Positions 1-10,169 of a stretch of DNA of 64,000 bases are shown here, in pieces; positions within the stretch are counted from its first letter, which is position 1; every line of letters starts with the position of its first letter. Position numbers and translations under genes: made by a program. The notes beneath the pieces were generated by a model. That model saw nothing but the letters and a program-made list of their open reading frames with translations. It did no database searches and had not been told where the DNA came from. The stretch comes from Candidatus Peribacteria bacterium (GTDB taxonomy: Bacteria > Patescibacteriota > Gracilibacteria > Peribacterales > Peribacteraceae). Location: positions 7,287 to 71,286 of the forward strand of contig JABICL010000039.1 in assembly GCA_018652265.1 (NCBI GenBank). Direction: 5' to 3'.

Positions 1-70
1 CCTATGGCAACCATTATCAGCATTTTTCTTAAGGATTACAGAAGTAGCAAAGGAGCCAGAGAGCATGAAT

Positions 71-99
71 AAAAAAAGCGAGCCTTGAGGCCCGCTTTC
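71..99 (-). terminator. Probable intrinsic terminator of the PUR-family gene
   Basis: Minus strand AAAGCGGGCC-TCAA-GGCTCGCTTT hairpin followed by a T run, just after the stop at 121. Confidence 0.7.
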
Positions 100-120
100 T
101 ATCTTTAAATTCAGATGTTT

Positions 121-420
121 TTATAGTTTTCCTTTCATTTCTGAAAATGCATCTATGAATGCTTGTAGGTCTTCTGAATCAAACATAATAGTAGTTTTTC
201 TGCCTCCGCGTGACTTTTCTGAGACTTTGAAGAATTTACCATTTGCAGATTTCTTTAGGTCTATATAAAAAGTTCTCTGCTTAGCTCTAATAGTGATTGA
301 GTGAATCTCATCTCCATATTGCTTGGAGTCACCACCAGAAGCTGCTGGCTTAGGAGCAGATGTATCGTCATCGCCCTGTCCCTGACCTCCTCCTGAGAGA
401 TCATTCATTGGATCAAACAT
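121..420 (-). CDS. PUR-family (DUF3276-like) nucleic-acid-binding protein
   Basis: EIHSITIRAKQRTFYIDLKKSANGKFFKVSE resembles a PUR repeat; low-complexity N-terminus. Confidence 0.75.
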   Translation of the reverse strand: MFDPMNDLSGGGQGQGDDDTSAPKPAASGGDSKQYGDEIHSITIRAKQRTFYIDLKKSANGKFFKVSEKSRGGRKTTIMFDSEDLQAFIDAFSEMKGKL

Positions 421-512
421 AAATATTGGGGGAAATATAATATCTCGTCCCTCCTCCGCTTCACCTAAACTCCTCGGTCTGGTTTGCGTTTTGGAACATG
501 CAAAGGATAGTA

Positions 513-2027
513 TTATTTCTCCAAGTCCTCAAACAAAATCTCTGGCTTGCCTGCAGCACACCAAGACTTATCAGATCCCCATAAATTGATGCCTTCCAGA
601 GAAAATCCTTTATTCTGAAGTTTATCTGCATATGAAACTCCAAGTTGAATACTTATTATTTCTGCTGTATCTGGCACAAACGGAAGAAGCATGAGCCCAA
701 TATGTCTAAGGCATTCTGAAAGTACGCCCAAAACTTTTTCTCTATCTTCAATTTCTAGTCCCCATGGCTTTTTCTTGTCTATGTAAGCATTGCAATCAGA
801 TACAAGTGAACAAACTATCTGCAAAGCTTCTGAAAGTTCAAAGCTATTCATTTTTTCTGCATATTTTTTCCAAGTGTCTCCGATTATTTCTGTTTCCTCA
901 GGAACATTTATTTTTCCTCCATCTTTACCCACTAGAACGAGTACTCGATTAAGTAAGTTTCCTATGTCATTCCTGAGCTTAGAATCATACATTTTCTGCA
1001 TTCTATCCCACGAGAAATCACCGTCTCTTCCTACTGGAACTTCATGACTCAAATAAAATCTAAGTGGATCTATTCCGTACTTATCTATTACCTCAGAAGG
1101 AACTACTACATTTCCTAGAGACTTACTCATCTTCTGTCCTTCGCTAGTTAGAAATCCATGTACCAATAACTTATCTGGTGTTTTTACGCCTGCATTCTTA
1201 AGCATAGAAGGCCAATAGAGAGCATGAAAACGCGCAATATCTTTTCCTATTACATGTGTCACCTCAGCATCATCCCAGTAAGTCTTATCTTCTTTGTCTG
1301 TAAGGTATCCAAGAGGGGATATGTAATTGGTAAGAGCATCACACCATACATACATTGTTTGATTATCATCATCCGGTACTGGCACACCCCAATCCAAGCT
1401 CGACTTTGGACGAGAGAAAGAAATATCTTCTAAGCCTTGTTCTATAAGTGACAATGTTTCTTGCTGTCTAAATTTTGGGACTATCGTGTATCCATTTTTA
1501 TCCGTAAGAAGTTTTTTGAGCCATTTACTATCTTTGCTTAATAAAAAGAACCAGTTCTCTTCTGTTACTTCTTCTGGAGCTTTTTGATGGTCTGGACATT
1601 TGCCATCTACTAGATCTTTGTTTGTCATAAATCTTTCACACCCACTACAGTAGAGCGCAGTATAATTTCGTTTCTCAAGCATTCCTGAATCTTTCAATTT
1701 TTTCCATAATTCAATAACAGTTGGAAAATGTACATCTTGATCTGTTGTTCTTACAAAATAGTCATAAGAGATATTCAATTTGTCATATAAATCTTTAAAC
1801 AACGGCACATTTCTGTCTACTAACTCTTTTGGGGATATTCCTTCTTTTGCAGCAGTCCTTTGATTTTTTACTCCATGCTCATCTGTTCCTATCTGAAATC
1901 TAGTGTCATGTCCGCTTAATCTAAACCATCTAGCACAAACATCAGCAAGAACCTTCTCTAGCACATGTCCCATATGAGGTGCTGCATTTGGATAGTCTAT
2001 TGCCGTTGTTATGTATTTTTTGGACAT
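513..2027 (-). CDS. metG: Methionine--tRNA ligase (short form)
   Basis: YITTAIDYPNAAPHMGH (HIGH-like), GTDEHG, CxxC Zn knuckle, KMSKS. Confidence 0.97.
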   Translation of the reverse strand: MSKKYITTAIDYPNAAPHMGHVLEKVLADVCARWFRLSGHDTRFQIGTDEHGVKNQRTAAKEGISPKELVDRNVPLFKDLYDKLNISYDYFVRTTDQDVHFPTVIELWKKLKDSGMLEKRNYTALYCSGCERFMTNKDLVDGKCPDHQKAPEEVTEENWFFLLSKDSKWLKKLLTDKNGYTIVPKFRQQETLSLIEQGLEDISFSRPKSSLDWGVPVPDDDNQTMYVWCDALTNYISPLGYLTDKEDKTYWDDAEVTHVIGKDIARFHALYWPSMLKNAGVKTPDKLLVHGFLTSEGQKMSKSLGNVVVPSEVIDKYGIDPLRFYLSHEVPVGRDGDFSWDRMQKMYDSKLRNDIGNLLNRVLVLVGKDGGKINVPEETEIIGDTWKKYAEKMNSFELSEALQIVCSLVSDCNAYIDKKKPWGLEIEDREKVLGVLSECLRHIGLMLLPFVPDTAEIISIQLGVSYADKLQNKGFSLEGINLWGSDKSWCAAGKPEILFEDLEK

Positions 2028-2077
2028 GCAATAATAATAGCAGTATTGGCTCTTTAAGGTTACTGCGAAGCAAGTTC

Positions 2078-2154
2078 TGGTCGGGGTAGCAGGACTCGAA
2101 CCTGCGGCCTCCTGCTCCCAAAGCAGGCACTCTAGCCAACTGAGCTATACCCCG
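2078..2154 (-). tRNA. tRNA-Pro(TGG)
   Basis: Cloverleaf CGGGGTATAGCTCAG...TTTGGGA loop...GGTTCGAGTCC...CCCCGACCA. Confidence 0.97.
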
Positions 2155-2185
2155 GACTTGCGACAGTATACAGTATGTCAACGAA

Positions 2186-2764
2186 ATGCACCTTCTCTAT
2201 TCAGACACAATTGGCACAGAAATAATAGATGATATCGATCATCAAATTCAGGGGAAAGTAGCAGATATTCTTATAGAACCAGACAGAGGCAAGATAATTG
2301 CACTGCTTGTAGTTATTCCTGGAACATCAGAAATATATGCTCTTCAGACACAAGATATTTCCAGCTGGGGCAATCGTGTGCACATATGTGATTCAGATGT
2401 ACTGGGACCTGCAACTGATTTCGTAAGATTACAAGACATACTAAATGATCCAAGAACTGTAATAGGACAGAAAATAAAAACTGAGAGTGGTTTCCTAGTA
2501 GGAAAATGTATAGATCTACAATTTGAAGTAACAACTTTCATGATCGAATGGATTTTCCCTAGAAAATTTTTCTTTAGAAAACTGTCACTTCCAGCCAGTG
2601 ATATATTGGAAATCACAGAAAATGAGATCTTGGTTAAAGATCAAACTCCAGAAGTAGAGGAGATAGTAGAAGATGAGATAACAGATAGCGGAAATGTCCA
2701 AAATGTCACAGAACCGGCTGTAGGACGCTCGCTAAGGGGAAATCTAGACTCAAATAGAGATTGA
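2186..2764 (+). CDS. PRC-barrel domain protein
   Basis: Two PRC-like repeats (GKVADILIEPDRGKI; IGQKIKTESGFLVGKCIDL). Confidence 0.75.
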   Translation: MHLLYSDTIGTEIIDDIDHQIQGKVADILIEPDRGKIIALLVVIPGTSEIYALQTQDISSWGNRVHICDSDVLGPATDFVRLQDILNDPRTVIGQKIKTESGFLVGKCIDLQFEVTTFMIEWIFPRKFFFRKLSLPASDILEITENEILVKDQTPEVEEIVEDEITDSGNVQNVTEPAVGRSLRGNLDSNRD

Positions 2765-2961
2765 CATCTTATTAAGAATGTGTCAAATTATATACCTTCT
2801 GATCATTACAAATATTGATTTTCCTCATGAACAAGCTGCATAAGTAAATTAATTTTCAGCTTGATGCAAAGAGTTTGATAGAGAAAGTAATCTTTCCTAT
2901 TTGTCAAAAATCTGGTAAAAAGGAGGTTGTTCTTTCCTCTTTTTGACCCAACTAAAAAAAT

Positions 2962-4047
2962 ATGGCTACAACCACTTCAACTACCGCAGGCGATACAACA
3001 CTACAATTCAATCTACAGGACATGATTTCTGACCTATTTCTTGTTCTCACAGAGAAAGAGCAAGAAGTAATAAAGAGACGTTTTTCTATTACAGGAAGCT
3101 CTAGACAAACTCTCGAGAAGATAGGTAAGCATTTCAATGTTACTCGTGAGAGGATTAGACAGATAGAAAGTATTGCTCTTAATAAGCTTAGAAGAACTGT
3201 AGGAACTACGAAGTTGGATGACATAAACCAAATGGCCAAGGGAATCCTCCGAGCAAATGGCGGACTTATGCTCGAAGAAAGTCTAATTGCTAGCATTCTA
3301 AAAAGAATGGAGAATCCTACACCTACAGATGCATCTGTTTTGAAACTGTCTCTCTCGATAGACGGAGAGCTTTCTCATATAGGTCGTACTGGTTCTCTCA
3401 AGCCAAGCTGGAGATTCAATAGCCTTGCTCAAAAAGACATAAATGTTATTACAAATGGCGCAGTAAAAATACTAAAGAGAAGAGAAGAATGTATGAACGA
3501 AACAGAATTAGTCTCTGCTATACAGAACTTAGAATTATTCGGAGAGAAGAAGCCAAGTGATGAATTAATAGCATCAGCTCTTACTGTAGATAGTAGACTG
3601 AAAAATGTAGAGGCAGGATGGGGAATTACAGATTGGAGATTCGTTCGTCCAAGATCCATAAGAGACAAAGTAGAAATAATCCTGAAGAAAGAAGGCAGAC
3701 CACTTCACTTTGTAGAAATCGCTAATCGAATACGTGAAGCTAATTTTGATCACAAGAATGTAACAGTACAAGCTGTCCATAATGAATTGATCAGATACCC
3801 ACAGTTCGTTTTAGTTGGCCGTGGACTTTATGGTCTTAGCGAGTGGGGATTTGAACCTGGAACAGTTGCTGATGTAATAGAGAAGATTCTTGACGAAAAA
3901 GGTCCTCTCACAAAGAAAGAAATAATCGCAGAAGTTGCAAAACAGAGAAAAGTAAAAGTAGGAACCATTTCTCTGAATTTGCAGAAAATGCCTTACTTCG
4001 TTCGAGTTGGTCGTGCAGTTTACGATTTCGATAAGAGTAAGAAATAA
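2962..4047 (+). CDS. Sigma-70 region-4 / winged-HTH (HARE-HTH, RNAP delta-like) fusion protein
   Basis: LTEKEQEVIKRRF...TLEKIGKHFNVTRERIRQIE (sigma4) plus C-terminal ILKKEGRPLHFVEIA...FVLVGRGLYGLSEW; no sigma region 2. Confidence 0.8.
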   Translation: MATTTSTTAGDTTLQFNLQDMISDLFLVLTEKEQEVIKRRFSITGSSRQTLEKIGKHFNVTRERIRQIESIALNKLRRTVGTTKLDDINQMAKGILRANGGLMLEESLIASILKRMENPTPTDASVLKLSLSIDGELSHIGRTGSLKPSWRFNSLAQKDINVITNGAVKILKRREECMNETELVSAIQNLELFGEKKPSDELIASALTVDSRLKNVEAGWGITDWRFVRPRSIRDKVEIILKKEGRPLHFVEIANRIREANFDHKNVTVQAVHNELIRYPQFVLVGRGLYGLSEWGFEPGTVADVIEKILDEKGPLTKKEIIAEVAKQRKVKVGTISLNLQKMPYFVRVGRAVYDFDKSKK

Positions 4048-4149
4048 GTGGTGTCTTGCAGGCGTTCCGCCTGTTAATTGTGACTAGAGGCCACAGAAAA
4101 CTCCTCATGTGCAAGATACACATGCCACGAGTTTTTAGAAGAATAATGT

Positions 4150-4226
4150 TGGTTGCGGGGACAGGATTTGAACCTGTGACCTCCAGGTTATGAGCCTGGC
4201 GAGCTACCGGACTGCTCCACCCCGCG
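4150..4226 (-). tRNA. Initiator tRNA-fMet(CAT)
   Basis: CGCGGGG...CTCATAA...CCCCGCAACCA with C1:A72 mismatch. Confidence 0.95.
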
Positions 4227-4254
4227 TCATTCTTACGCATGTTACAATGTACTC

Positions 4255-4728
4255 ATGAAGGTGTCTATTATTCGTGTAGATAAAAATCTACCACTTCCGG
4301 GGTATGAAACTAGAGGATCATTAGGATTTGATCTGATTACAAGAGAAGATACTGTTATAGAACCAGGAAAAATAGCACTAGTGCCTGGAAATGCGATTGT
4401 TAAGATCCCAGAGGGGTATGCACTACTTCTTATTCCTAGGTCTTCGCTACCGCGCAAGAAATCGCTAATTTGCCCTCATAGTATCGGACTTATAGATCAA
4501 GATTATTGTGGTCCAAAAGATGAACTTATGGTCCAAGTTCAAAATATTTCTGATGAAAAAGTAACTGTTGAGCGTGGAGAAAAAATTGCTCAAGGACTTT
4601 TTGTAAAAGTAGAAAAAGCAGATTGGACAGAAGTATCAGGCCACAATGAAGAAACAAGAGGTGGATTTGGTTCTACTGACACCACTCCGTCCCTCGACAA
4701 GCTCGGGACTACGGCGGCGATATCATAA
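4255..4728 (+). CDS. dut: dUTP diphosphatase
   Basis: GFDL, PRSS, GLIDQDYCG, IAQG, RGGFGST motifs; C-terminus extended by a palindromic repeat. Confidence 0.93.
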   Translation: MKVSIIRVDKNLPLPGYETRGSLGFDLITREDTVIEPGKIALVPGNAIVKIPEGYALLLIPRSSLPRKKSLICPHSIGLIDQDYCGPKDELMVQVQNISDEKVTVERGEKIAQGLFVKVEKADWTEVSGHNEETRGGFGSTDTTPSLDKLGTTAAIS

Positions 4729-4733
4729 AATAT

Positions 4734-5177
4734 TCAAAAAGATCTCTTAAGCCTTTCAAGGCCATCATAATCCATTAAATATAGCCTCCAGTGCTCTATT
4801 GTGGGTATGTTTTGTAAATATTGCTTATAAGCTGCTTCTCTTTGTTTAAATCTGTCTGGATTATCATTTATCAGATAAGAGATAGGAGACTTTTCTGTAA
4901 GAATAAGAACTTTTTCTCCAGGATTTATACGTCCAAGGTTTTCTTTTGCATATTTATCTCTGTATTGCAGAGATCTGTAATATTCAAGCTCATTTAGTCC
5001 ATAGTCTATCTGAGCTCTGAGATCCTGGTTTCTTTTGGATAGATTTTCTAGCGTCTCTTCGAAAATAAGATTCCTGTAGAATGATATAGATAGACCAAAC
5101 GCCATTGCTCCCACAACTCCTAATCCGATTAGAATAGTAAGCCGTTTGGAAAAAGTTGATATCTCCTGTCTATGCAT
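4734..5177 (-). CDS. Septum formation initiator (FtsB/DivIC-like)
   Basis: One N-terminal TM, coiled coil, KYAKENLGRINPGEKV motif. Confidence 0.75.
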   Translation of the reverse strand: MHRQEISTFSKRLTILIGLGVVGAMAFGLSISFYRNLIFEETLENLSKRNQDLRAQIDYGLNELEYYRSLQYRDKYAKENLGRINPGEKVLILTEKSPISYLINDNPDRFKQREAAYKQYLQNIPTIEHWRLYLMDYDGLERLKRSF

Positions 5178-5194
5178 ACTGTAATATTACAATA

Positions 5195-6508
5195 ATGAAA
5201 ATATTTTGTTCAGGTATAGGTGGCATAGGATTAAGTGCTTACGCAGCTTATCAGAAAGCGGCGGGTCACACAGTATGTGGATCTGATTCAGTGGACAGTG
5301 AAATTATTTTTGATCTTAGATCACAAGATGTAGAAATATCACTAAATCAAGACGGAAACGCTGTATCAGAACGTTTCGAATTATTTGTGCATACTTTGGC
5401 AATACCAGAGGATCATCCAGAATTATGCAAAGCAAAACAATTAGGAATTGAATGCATTACATATTTTGAAGCACTTGGAAGACTTACAGATACTTGGAAA
5501 TCAGTAAATAGAGAAGGGAAACTGATTGCTGTTTGTGGCACACATGGAAAATCTTCTACAACTGCAATGTGCACCAAGATGTTTTTAGATGCAGGCTTAA
5601 ATCCTTCTGTAATACTTGGAACTAAGATGAAGGAATTAAATGAAAGAAATTGGAGAAAGGCTGTGCCACGTGGCTCCGAAGGAGCTTTACGTGGGGATGG
5701 AAATATTTTTCTGGTAGAAGCGTGTGAGTATAGAAGATCATTTTTAAATTTAAATCCTGACATCATATTGGTTACAAATATAAATGGAGATCATTTTGAT
5801 GTTTTTAGGGACATGACAGATTATGAAAATGCATTTAAAGAATTTTTCGCAAAGCTAACTAAAAACGGCTCACTAATCACACATAACGATATAACGTTAT
5901 ATAGTAATAATTCTAAATTTAATATTATTGATACAGATAAATTTGACTCTCCAGAACTACAAGTACCAGGAAAGCATATGCAGGAAAATGCGAAGCTAGT
6001 AATGGCACTTGCAGATCACTTAGGAATCAAAGACATAGAAAAATCCCTATCTGAGTATTCAGGATGTTGGAGAAGGTCGGAAATAAAAGGTGAATTTAGC
6101 GACGCACTTCTAATAGATGATTACGCACATCATCCTAGAGAAATAAAAACTACTCTAGAGGGCATAAAAAAATCATATCCAGATAGAAGGCTAGTATGTG
6201 TATTTCAACCACATACTCACGATAGAACTATCAAATTATACGATGAATTTTTGGTCTCTTTTGAATCTGCAGATGTAGTAATAATTCCAAATATTTACGA
6301 TGCAAGAGGGGAGTGTGATAGCGGGAAAGTAGATATAGAGAAATTTATCGCAGATATTCAAGAAGGTTCAAACGCACAAGTAATACATGGAAAGTCTCTA
6401 GAAGAAACTGCTCTAGTTTTGAAAGATGAAATTATAAAACCTGGAGACGTTGTGATAACAATGGGAGCGGGTGATGTTTGGAAAATATGCGACATGCTAA
6501 ATCCCTAG
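5195..6508 (+). CDS. murC: UDP-N-acetylmuramate--L-alanine ligase
   Basis: [34 protein letters not shown]; start placed at MKIFCSG. Confidence 0.93.
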   Translation: MKIFCSGIGGIGLSAYAAYQKAAGHTVCGSDSVDSEIIFDLRSQDVEISLNQDGNAVSERFELFVHTLAIPEDHPELCKAKQLGIECITYFEALGRLTDTWKSVNREGKLIAVCGTHGKSSTTAMCTKMFLDAGLNPSVILGTKMKELNERNWRKAVPRGSEGALRGDGNIFLVEACEYRRSFLNLNPDIILVTNINGDHFDVFRDMTDYENAFKEFFAKLTKNGSLITHNDITLYSNNSKFNIIDTDKFDSPELQVPGKHMQENAKLVMALADHLGIKDIEKSLSEYSGCWRRSEIKGEFSDALLIDDYAHHPREIKTTLEGIKKSYPDRRLVCVFQPHTHDRTIKLYDEFLVSFESADVVIIPNIYDARGECDSGKVDIEKFIADIQEGSNAQVIHGKSLEETALVLKDEIIKPGDVVITMGAGDVWKICDMLNP

Positions 6509-6777
6509 CCCACACTTACAACCGTACATTTCCTTTTACTTCCATCAAACTTAGTTACTTGCTTTTTAGAAAATCTAACAACTCCTGCAATCAATGCATG
6601 TAAGGAGTGATCTTTACCGCAGTATGTGTTTTTTCCTGGTCTGAATTTGGTTCCTCTCTGTCTTATTATAATTCCGCCTGAATTTACTTTTTGTCCACCA
6701 AACAACTTAACGCCTAAGCGCCTTCCTTCACTATCCCGGACATTGGAGGTAGATCCTCCTGCTTTCTTGTGTGCCAT
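6505..6777 (-). CDS. rpmA: 50S ribosomal protein L27
   Basis: [10 protein letters not shown]...RLGVK...IIRQRGTK. Confidence 0.98.
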   Translation of the reverse strand: MAHKKAGGSTSNVRDSEGRRLGVKLFGGQKVNSGGIIIRQRGTKFRPGKNTYCGKDHSLHALIAGVVRFSKKQVTKFDGSKRKCTVVSVG

Positions 6778-6850
6778 ATCCCCAGAGTACGTTGATAGCC
6801 GCTGTAATGCAAGAATTCAAAAAGGAAAATCTTTCAAGATAACTTGCACT

Positions 6851-6968
6851 CCGCTCGCGTGCTTAAGACGGTATATGCGACGAAATCGACGTAACCCATC
6901 ACCGTTTATTACTTATCAGAGGTTTCGGATCGATTTCTTACGCAAAATACCGCCTGCACGCTTGCTAC
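6851..6968 (-). repeat. Family A GTAG-tagged long palindromic repeat, core type 1
   Basis: Near-identical to 13972-14089 and 23403-23520; arms shared with six further full or half copies. Confidence 0.9.
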
Positions 6969-7071
6969 TTGGAATTTATAATTTGCTTGATTTTTGGTCC
7001 TCAAACCTTGAATTTCTCCATATATCCGTTTGACTTAATTATTTAGCCAAAGTACCCTTTCTGCACTTATT

Positions 7072-7497
7072 ATGGCAAAAAAGATAGCAAAAGTTATAAA
7101 GGTTCAGGCAATGGGAGGAAATGCAACACCAGCACCTCCACTTGGTCCAGCGCTCGGACAAGCGGGTGTAGATATAGGTGCTTTTGTAAATCAGTTTAAT
7201 TCCCAGACACAAGATAAGAAGGGACAGACTTTGCCTGTGCAGATAACTGTTTATGATGACAGAAGTTTTACATTTAAGATCAAATCTCCTCCAGCAGCAG
7301 TTCTTATAAGAGAGAAGATTAATTTGAAAAAAGGAAGTGGAGAACCAAATAAGAATAAGGTTGGAAAGATTTCACAAAAGCAATTAGAAGAGATTGCTGA
7401 GATAAAGAAGGCAGATTTAAATGCAAGAGACATAAAAGCAGGAGCAAAGATAATCGAAGGAACTGCCAGAAACATGGGAGTAGAAACCATTAAATAA
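7072..7497 (+). CDS. rplK: 50S ribosomal protein L11
   Basis: ATPAPPLGPALGQ...GTARNMG. Confidence 0.98.
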   Translation: MAKKIAKVIKVQAMGGNATPAPPLGPALGQAGVDIGAFVNQFNSQTQDKKGQTLPVQITVYDDRSFTFKIKSPPAAVLIREKINLKKGSGEPNKNKVGKISQKQLEEIAEIKKADLNARDIKAGAKIIEGTARNMGVETIK

Positions 7498-7514
7498 AAT
7501 TCCTAACTTTAACT

Positions 7515-8195
7515 ATGAATAAGAAACACAAAGAAAAGGCTGCTCTAATTACCAAGCCAGATTATCCTCTGGAAGAAGCGGTAGGAATGCTTACAGAGCT
7601 AAGCACATCTTCTTTTGATGGAACAGCAGAAGTACACATTGTACTTGGAATAGATACAAAAGCAGGTGATCAACAAGTTCGCTCTACAGTTGCCCTTCCA
7701 AATGGAACAGGTAAAGATGTAAGAATTGCCGCAATTGTTCCAGAAGATAAGGCAAAGGAAATGAAAGATGCAGGAGCAGTAGCTGCAGGAGAGGAAAGTC
7801 TCATAAAAGAAATAGAAAAAGGAAACTTAGACTTCGATGTCTTGATCGCTATGCCAACTGTTATGAAGAATCTTGGAAAAGTAGCTAAGACTTTGGGTCA
7901 GAAAGGCCTTATGCCAAATCCAAAAGCAGGAACAGTATCAGATGATCCTGTAAAAACTATTGGTGAATTAAAAAAGGGGAGAGTTGAGCTTCGTGCAGAC
8001 AAGCAGGGGATTGTACATACAATTTTTGGAAAGATTTCTTTCGGAAAAGAAAAGCTCGTAGAAAATCTAAACACTCTTCTACATGCACTAAATGAGGTAA
8101 AACCTTCTTCTCTTAAAGCCGAATATATCAAATCAATTACTTTATGTCCTAGTATGGGACCTGGAGTTAAGGTTGATCTAAGCAGCTTAAGCTAA
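7515..8195 (+). CDS. rplA: 50S ribosomal protein L1
   Basis: LPNGTGK, LGQKGLMPNPKAGTV, SMGPGVKV. Confidence 0.98.
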   Translation: MNKKHKEKAALITKPDYPLEEAVGMLTELSTSSFDGTAEVHIVLGIDTKAGDQQVRSTVALPNGTGKDVRIAAIVPEDKAKEMKDAGAVAAGEESLIKEIEKGNLDFDVLIAMPTVMKNLGKVAKTLGQKGLMPNPKAGTVSDDPVKTIGELKKGRVELRADKQGIVHTIFGKISFGKEKLVENLNTLLHALNEVKPSSLKAEYIKSITLCPSMGPGVKVDLSSLS

Positions 8196-8201
8196 AAAAT
8201 A

Positions 8202-8297
8202 TGTCATGCTGAGCCGTACTGAGCGAGTGAGCACTTGAAGCAGAGCGACGAAGTCGCGATGCTTAAGTCTCGCGAGTCGAAGTGCGTGTCGAAGCAT
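8202..8297 (+). repeat. Family B nested TGTCATGCTGAGC...GTCGAAGCAT repeat
   Basis: Related copies at 26295-26389(-), 43101-43189(+), 61412-61506(-). Confidence 0.9.
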
Positions 8298-8299
8298 AA

Positions 8300-9451
8300 T
8301 TAAACTAATTTTTCCTTTCTAAGACATTCTCCAGCTTCTTTGTAGAACATAATAAGTGTTCCGAAGCTAATTAGAGATATGGCCATTCCGATTAGAAAAC
8401 CAACTACAGGGATAATTCCTAATCCAAACAATACAAATGTGCCAAGTGTGAATCTTCCAAAAGTCTTAAATTGAGATTCTGTTTTCTTTGGTGGAAATAT
8501 CATTTGCATGAGAATAAATCCAGATAGTGCATTACCTACGTATAGAAGTGTTCCCCAAAGAACAAAAGTAATTATTGCGATAGGAATCGTTATTACTGGC
8601 ATCAGAAGAACCATTCCAACTATAGGCAAGACAATTACAGACACTAGTCCTATGAGGAGCATCTTAGAATAATGCCTCTTAGTAGCGCCTTTTGCTGTTT
8701 TTGAAGGTCGTGATCCATATCTAAGTGCAAATCTATGAGCTAGAGCAATTATAAGTCCTCCAATAATTAATCTAGAAAAGAAAGAGAAAAACTTAAATCC
8801 AGCAAAGAATGCTACGGCTCCTACTTCTTTTTCTGGCAAAGAATGAAATGCTCTATTTATTTCGCCACGTACAACATTTTCAGGAACTACTACATTCATG
8901 TCTTCTGGAATAGACATATGTAAATTCCCATATATTTTTGCATCTTCACTAATTTCTAGAGAGTCATATACATTAACTTTTACATCATCAAAATATGTTC
9001 CATTTAGCACTACATGTTTTCCCATAAATCTAACTGGATCATTGAACTTGCCACTTGCAGTTAAATCTTGTCCTCCAATTATAGATTCACCTTTTATATG
9101 AACATCTGGAGAAAGCATGATGCTTTGGCCAAACATAATCACATCACCAATAACACTATTATTGATAATTATCTTAGATCCTACCGCATGTAAATCATCA
9201 CCTATTTTCCCATTTATAGTTATATTCTCTCCTGCTATAAATACATCTTCACTTATATCTGCATTTATTTGAACAGCTTCTCCTGCAAGAAATGCATCAC
9301 CTCGAATTTCTTTTGCAATCTGCACCAAGCTACCTGCAGCATAGGAATTGCCATCAGGCTCTACTTCTACAACATCACCAACCTGAAAAGATGCTGCGGA
9401 TACTAGAGAAGGGGATAAAAATAAAACTAGAGAAAAAAGAAGTTTATGCAT
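8300..9451 (-). CDS. Membrane protein with bactofilin/polymer-forming-like beta-helix repeats and C-terminal TM helices
   Basis: Signal peptide, repeated GD-x-F-x-AG-x-x-V-x-I units, several TM segments; start placed at MHKLL. Confidence 0.7.
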   Translation of the reverse strand: MHKLLFSLVLFLSPSLVSAASFQVGDVVEVEPDGNSYAAGSLVQIAKEIRGDAFLAGEAVQINADISEDVFIAGENITINGKIGDDLHAVGSKIIINNSVIGDVIMFGQSIMLSPDVHIKGESIIGGQDLTASGKFNDPVRFMGKHVVLNGTYFDDVKVNVYDSLEISEDAKIYGNLHMSIPEDMNVVVPENVVRGEINRAFHSLPEKEVGAVAFFAGFKFFSFFSRLIIGGLIIALAHRFALRYGSRPSKTAKGATKRHYSKMLLIGLVSVIVLPIVGMVLLMPVITIPIAIITFVLWGTLLYVGNALSGFILMQMIFPPKKTESQFKTFGRFTLGTFVLFGLGIIPVVGFLIGMAISLISFGTLIMFYKEAGECLRKEKLV

Positions 9452-9525
9452 AATGGATACAATTTTAGTAGATAATTGAAATATAGCCAACCTATGTTTT
9501 TTATAAAGCTCAACTAGATAGTACC

Positions 9526-9590
9526 CCTTCGTCCGCCTGCGGCGAACTTCGGAACACGCCCGCCTACGCCAAGGCTTCGGTGGGCAGGCA
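9526..9590. repeat. Two short GC-rich REP-like hairpins downstream of tRNA-Phe
   Basis: CCTTCGTCCGCCTGCGGCGAACTTCGG and CCCGCCTACGCCAAGGCTTCGGTGGG in an AT-rich background. Confidence 0.5.
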
Positions 9591-9609
9591 GTATCTTGCG
9601 ACTCAACTG

Positions 9610-9685
9610 TGGTGGCCCAGGTCGGGTTCGAACCGACGACACCTCGCTCTTCAAGCGAGTGCTCTACCAGCTGAGCTACCGGGCC
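9610..9685 (-). tRNA. tRNA-Phe(GAA)
   Basis: GGCCCGG...CTCGC-TTGAAGA-GCGAG...GGTTCGAACCC...GGGCCACCA. Confidence 0.95.
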
Positions 9686-9749
9686 TTGCTAATAGTATAA
9701 TGGAGGAAAATGTTTGCCACAAACAATGCAATGACTATAATCGAGTACT

Positions 9750-10079
9750 ATGTCTGATGTCGATTCAAATCTTGAGGCTGATCTCTTGGCAGATGCTATG
9801 CAAAATCTAGAGTCATTTGAGAGAATGTACGGTGAATCGGATATTTGGGAAAGGTTTATACGCCTAATAGTATATCTTTCAATTAAAAATTACAGAGATG
9901 AGATAAATGATACCATCAGAAATATGACAGATCGTCGGTATGGGGATGGTCCTGATTCAGAAGCACAAACAAGGATTGTCGATAGAAATCCAAAAATATA
10001 TTATAAGCGCTATATTGGTATACGTATGAGAGAACTATTTGATCGTGTTGCAGAAAGATATGAACGTATTGATAGATAG
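9750..10079 (+). CDS. Hypothetical protein
   Basis: 109-aa ORF with TACTAT/TATAAT-like boxes upstream; no recognised motif. Confidence 0.55.
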   Translation: MSDVDSNLEADLLADAMQNLESFERMYGESDIWERFIRLIVYLSIKNYRDEINDTIRNMTDRRYGDGPDSEAQTRIVDRNPKIYYKRYIGIRMRELFDRVAERYERIDR

Positions 10080-10169
10080 AAGTATCAATTCCTGCACAAA
10101 TTAGCTCCATTTTTTAAAAAACCCACACAAATAATTGACTAGAATTTAATCAGTCGTAGAATCTTCGCA

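Noticed and set aside
1..66. Possible CDS start running off the left edge on the minus strand
   Set aside because: Only 22 codons are visible and nothing is recognisable.
6626..7033. Repeated peptide 'RRYMRRNRRNPSPF' ORFs (also 13900-14190, 48592-48918)
   Set aside because: These are translations of the family A DNA repeat. Starts and ends are inconsistent between copies.
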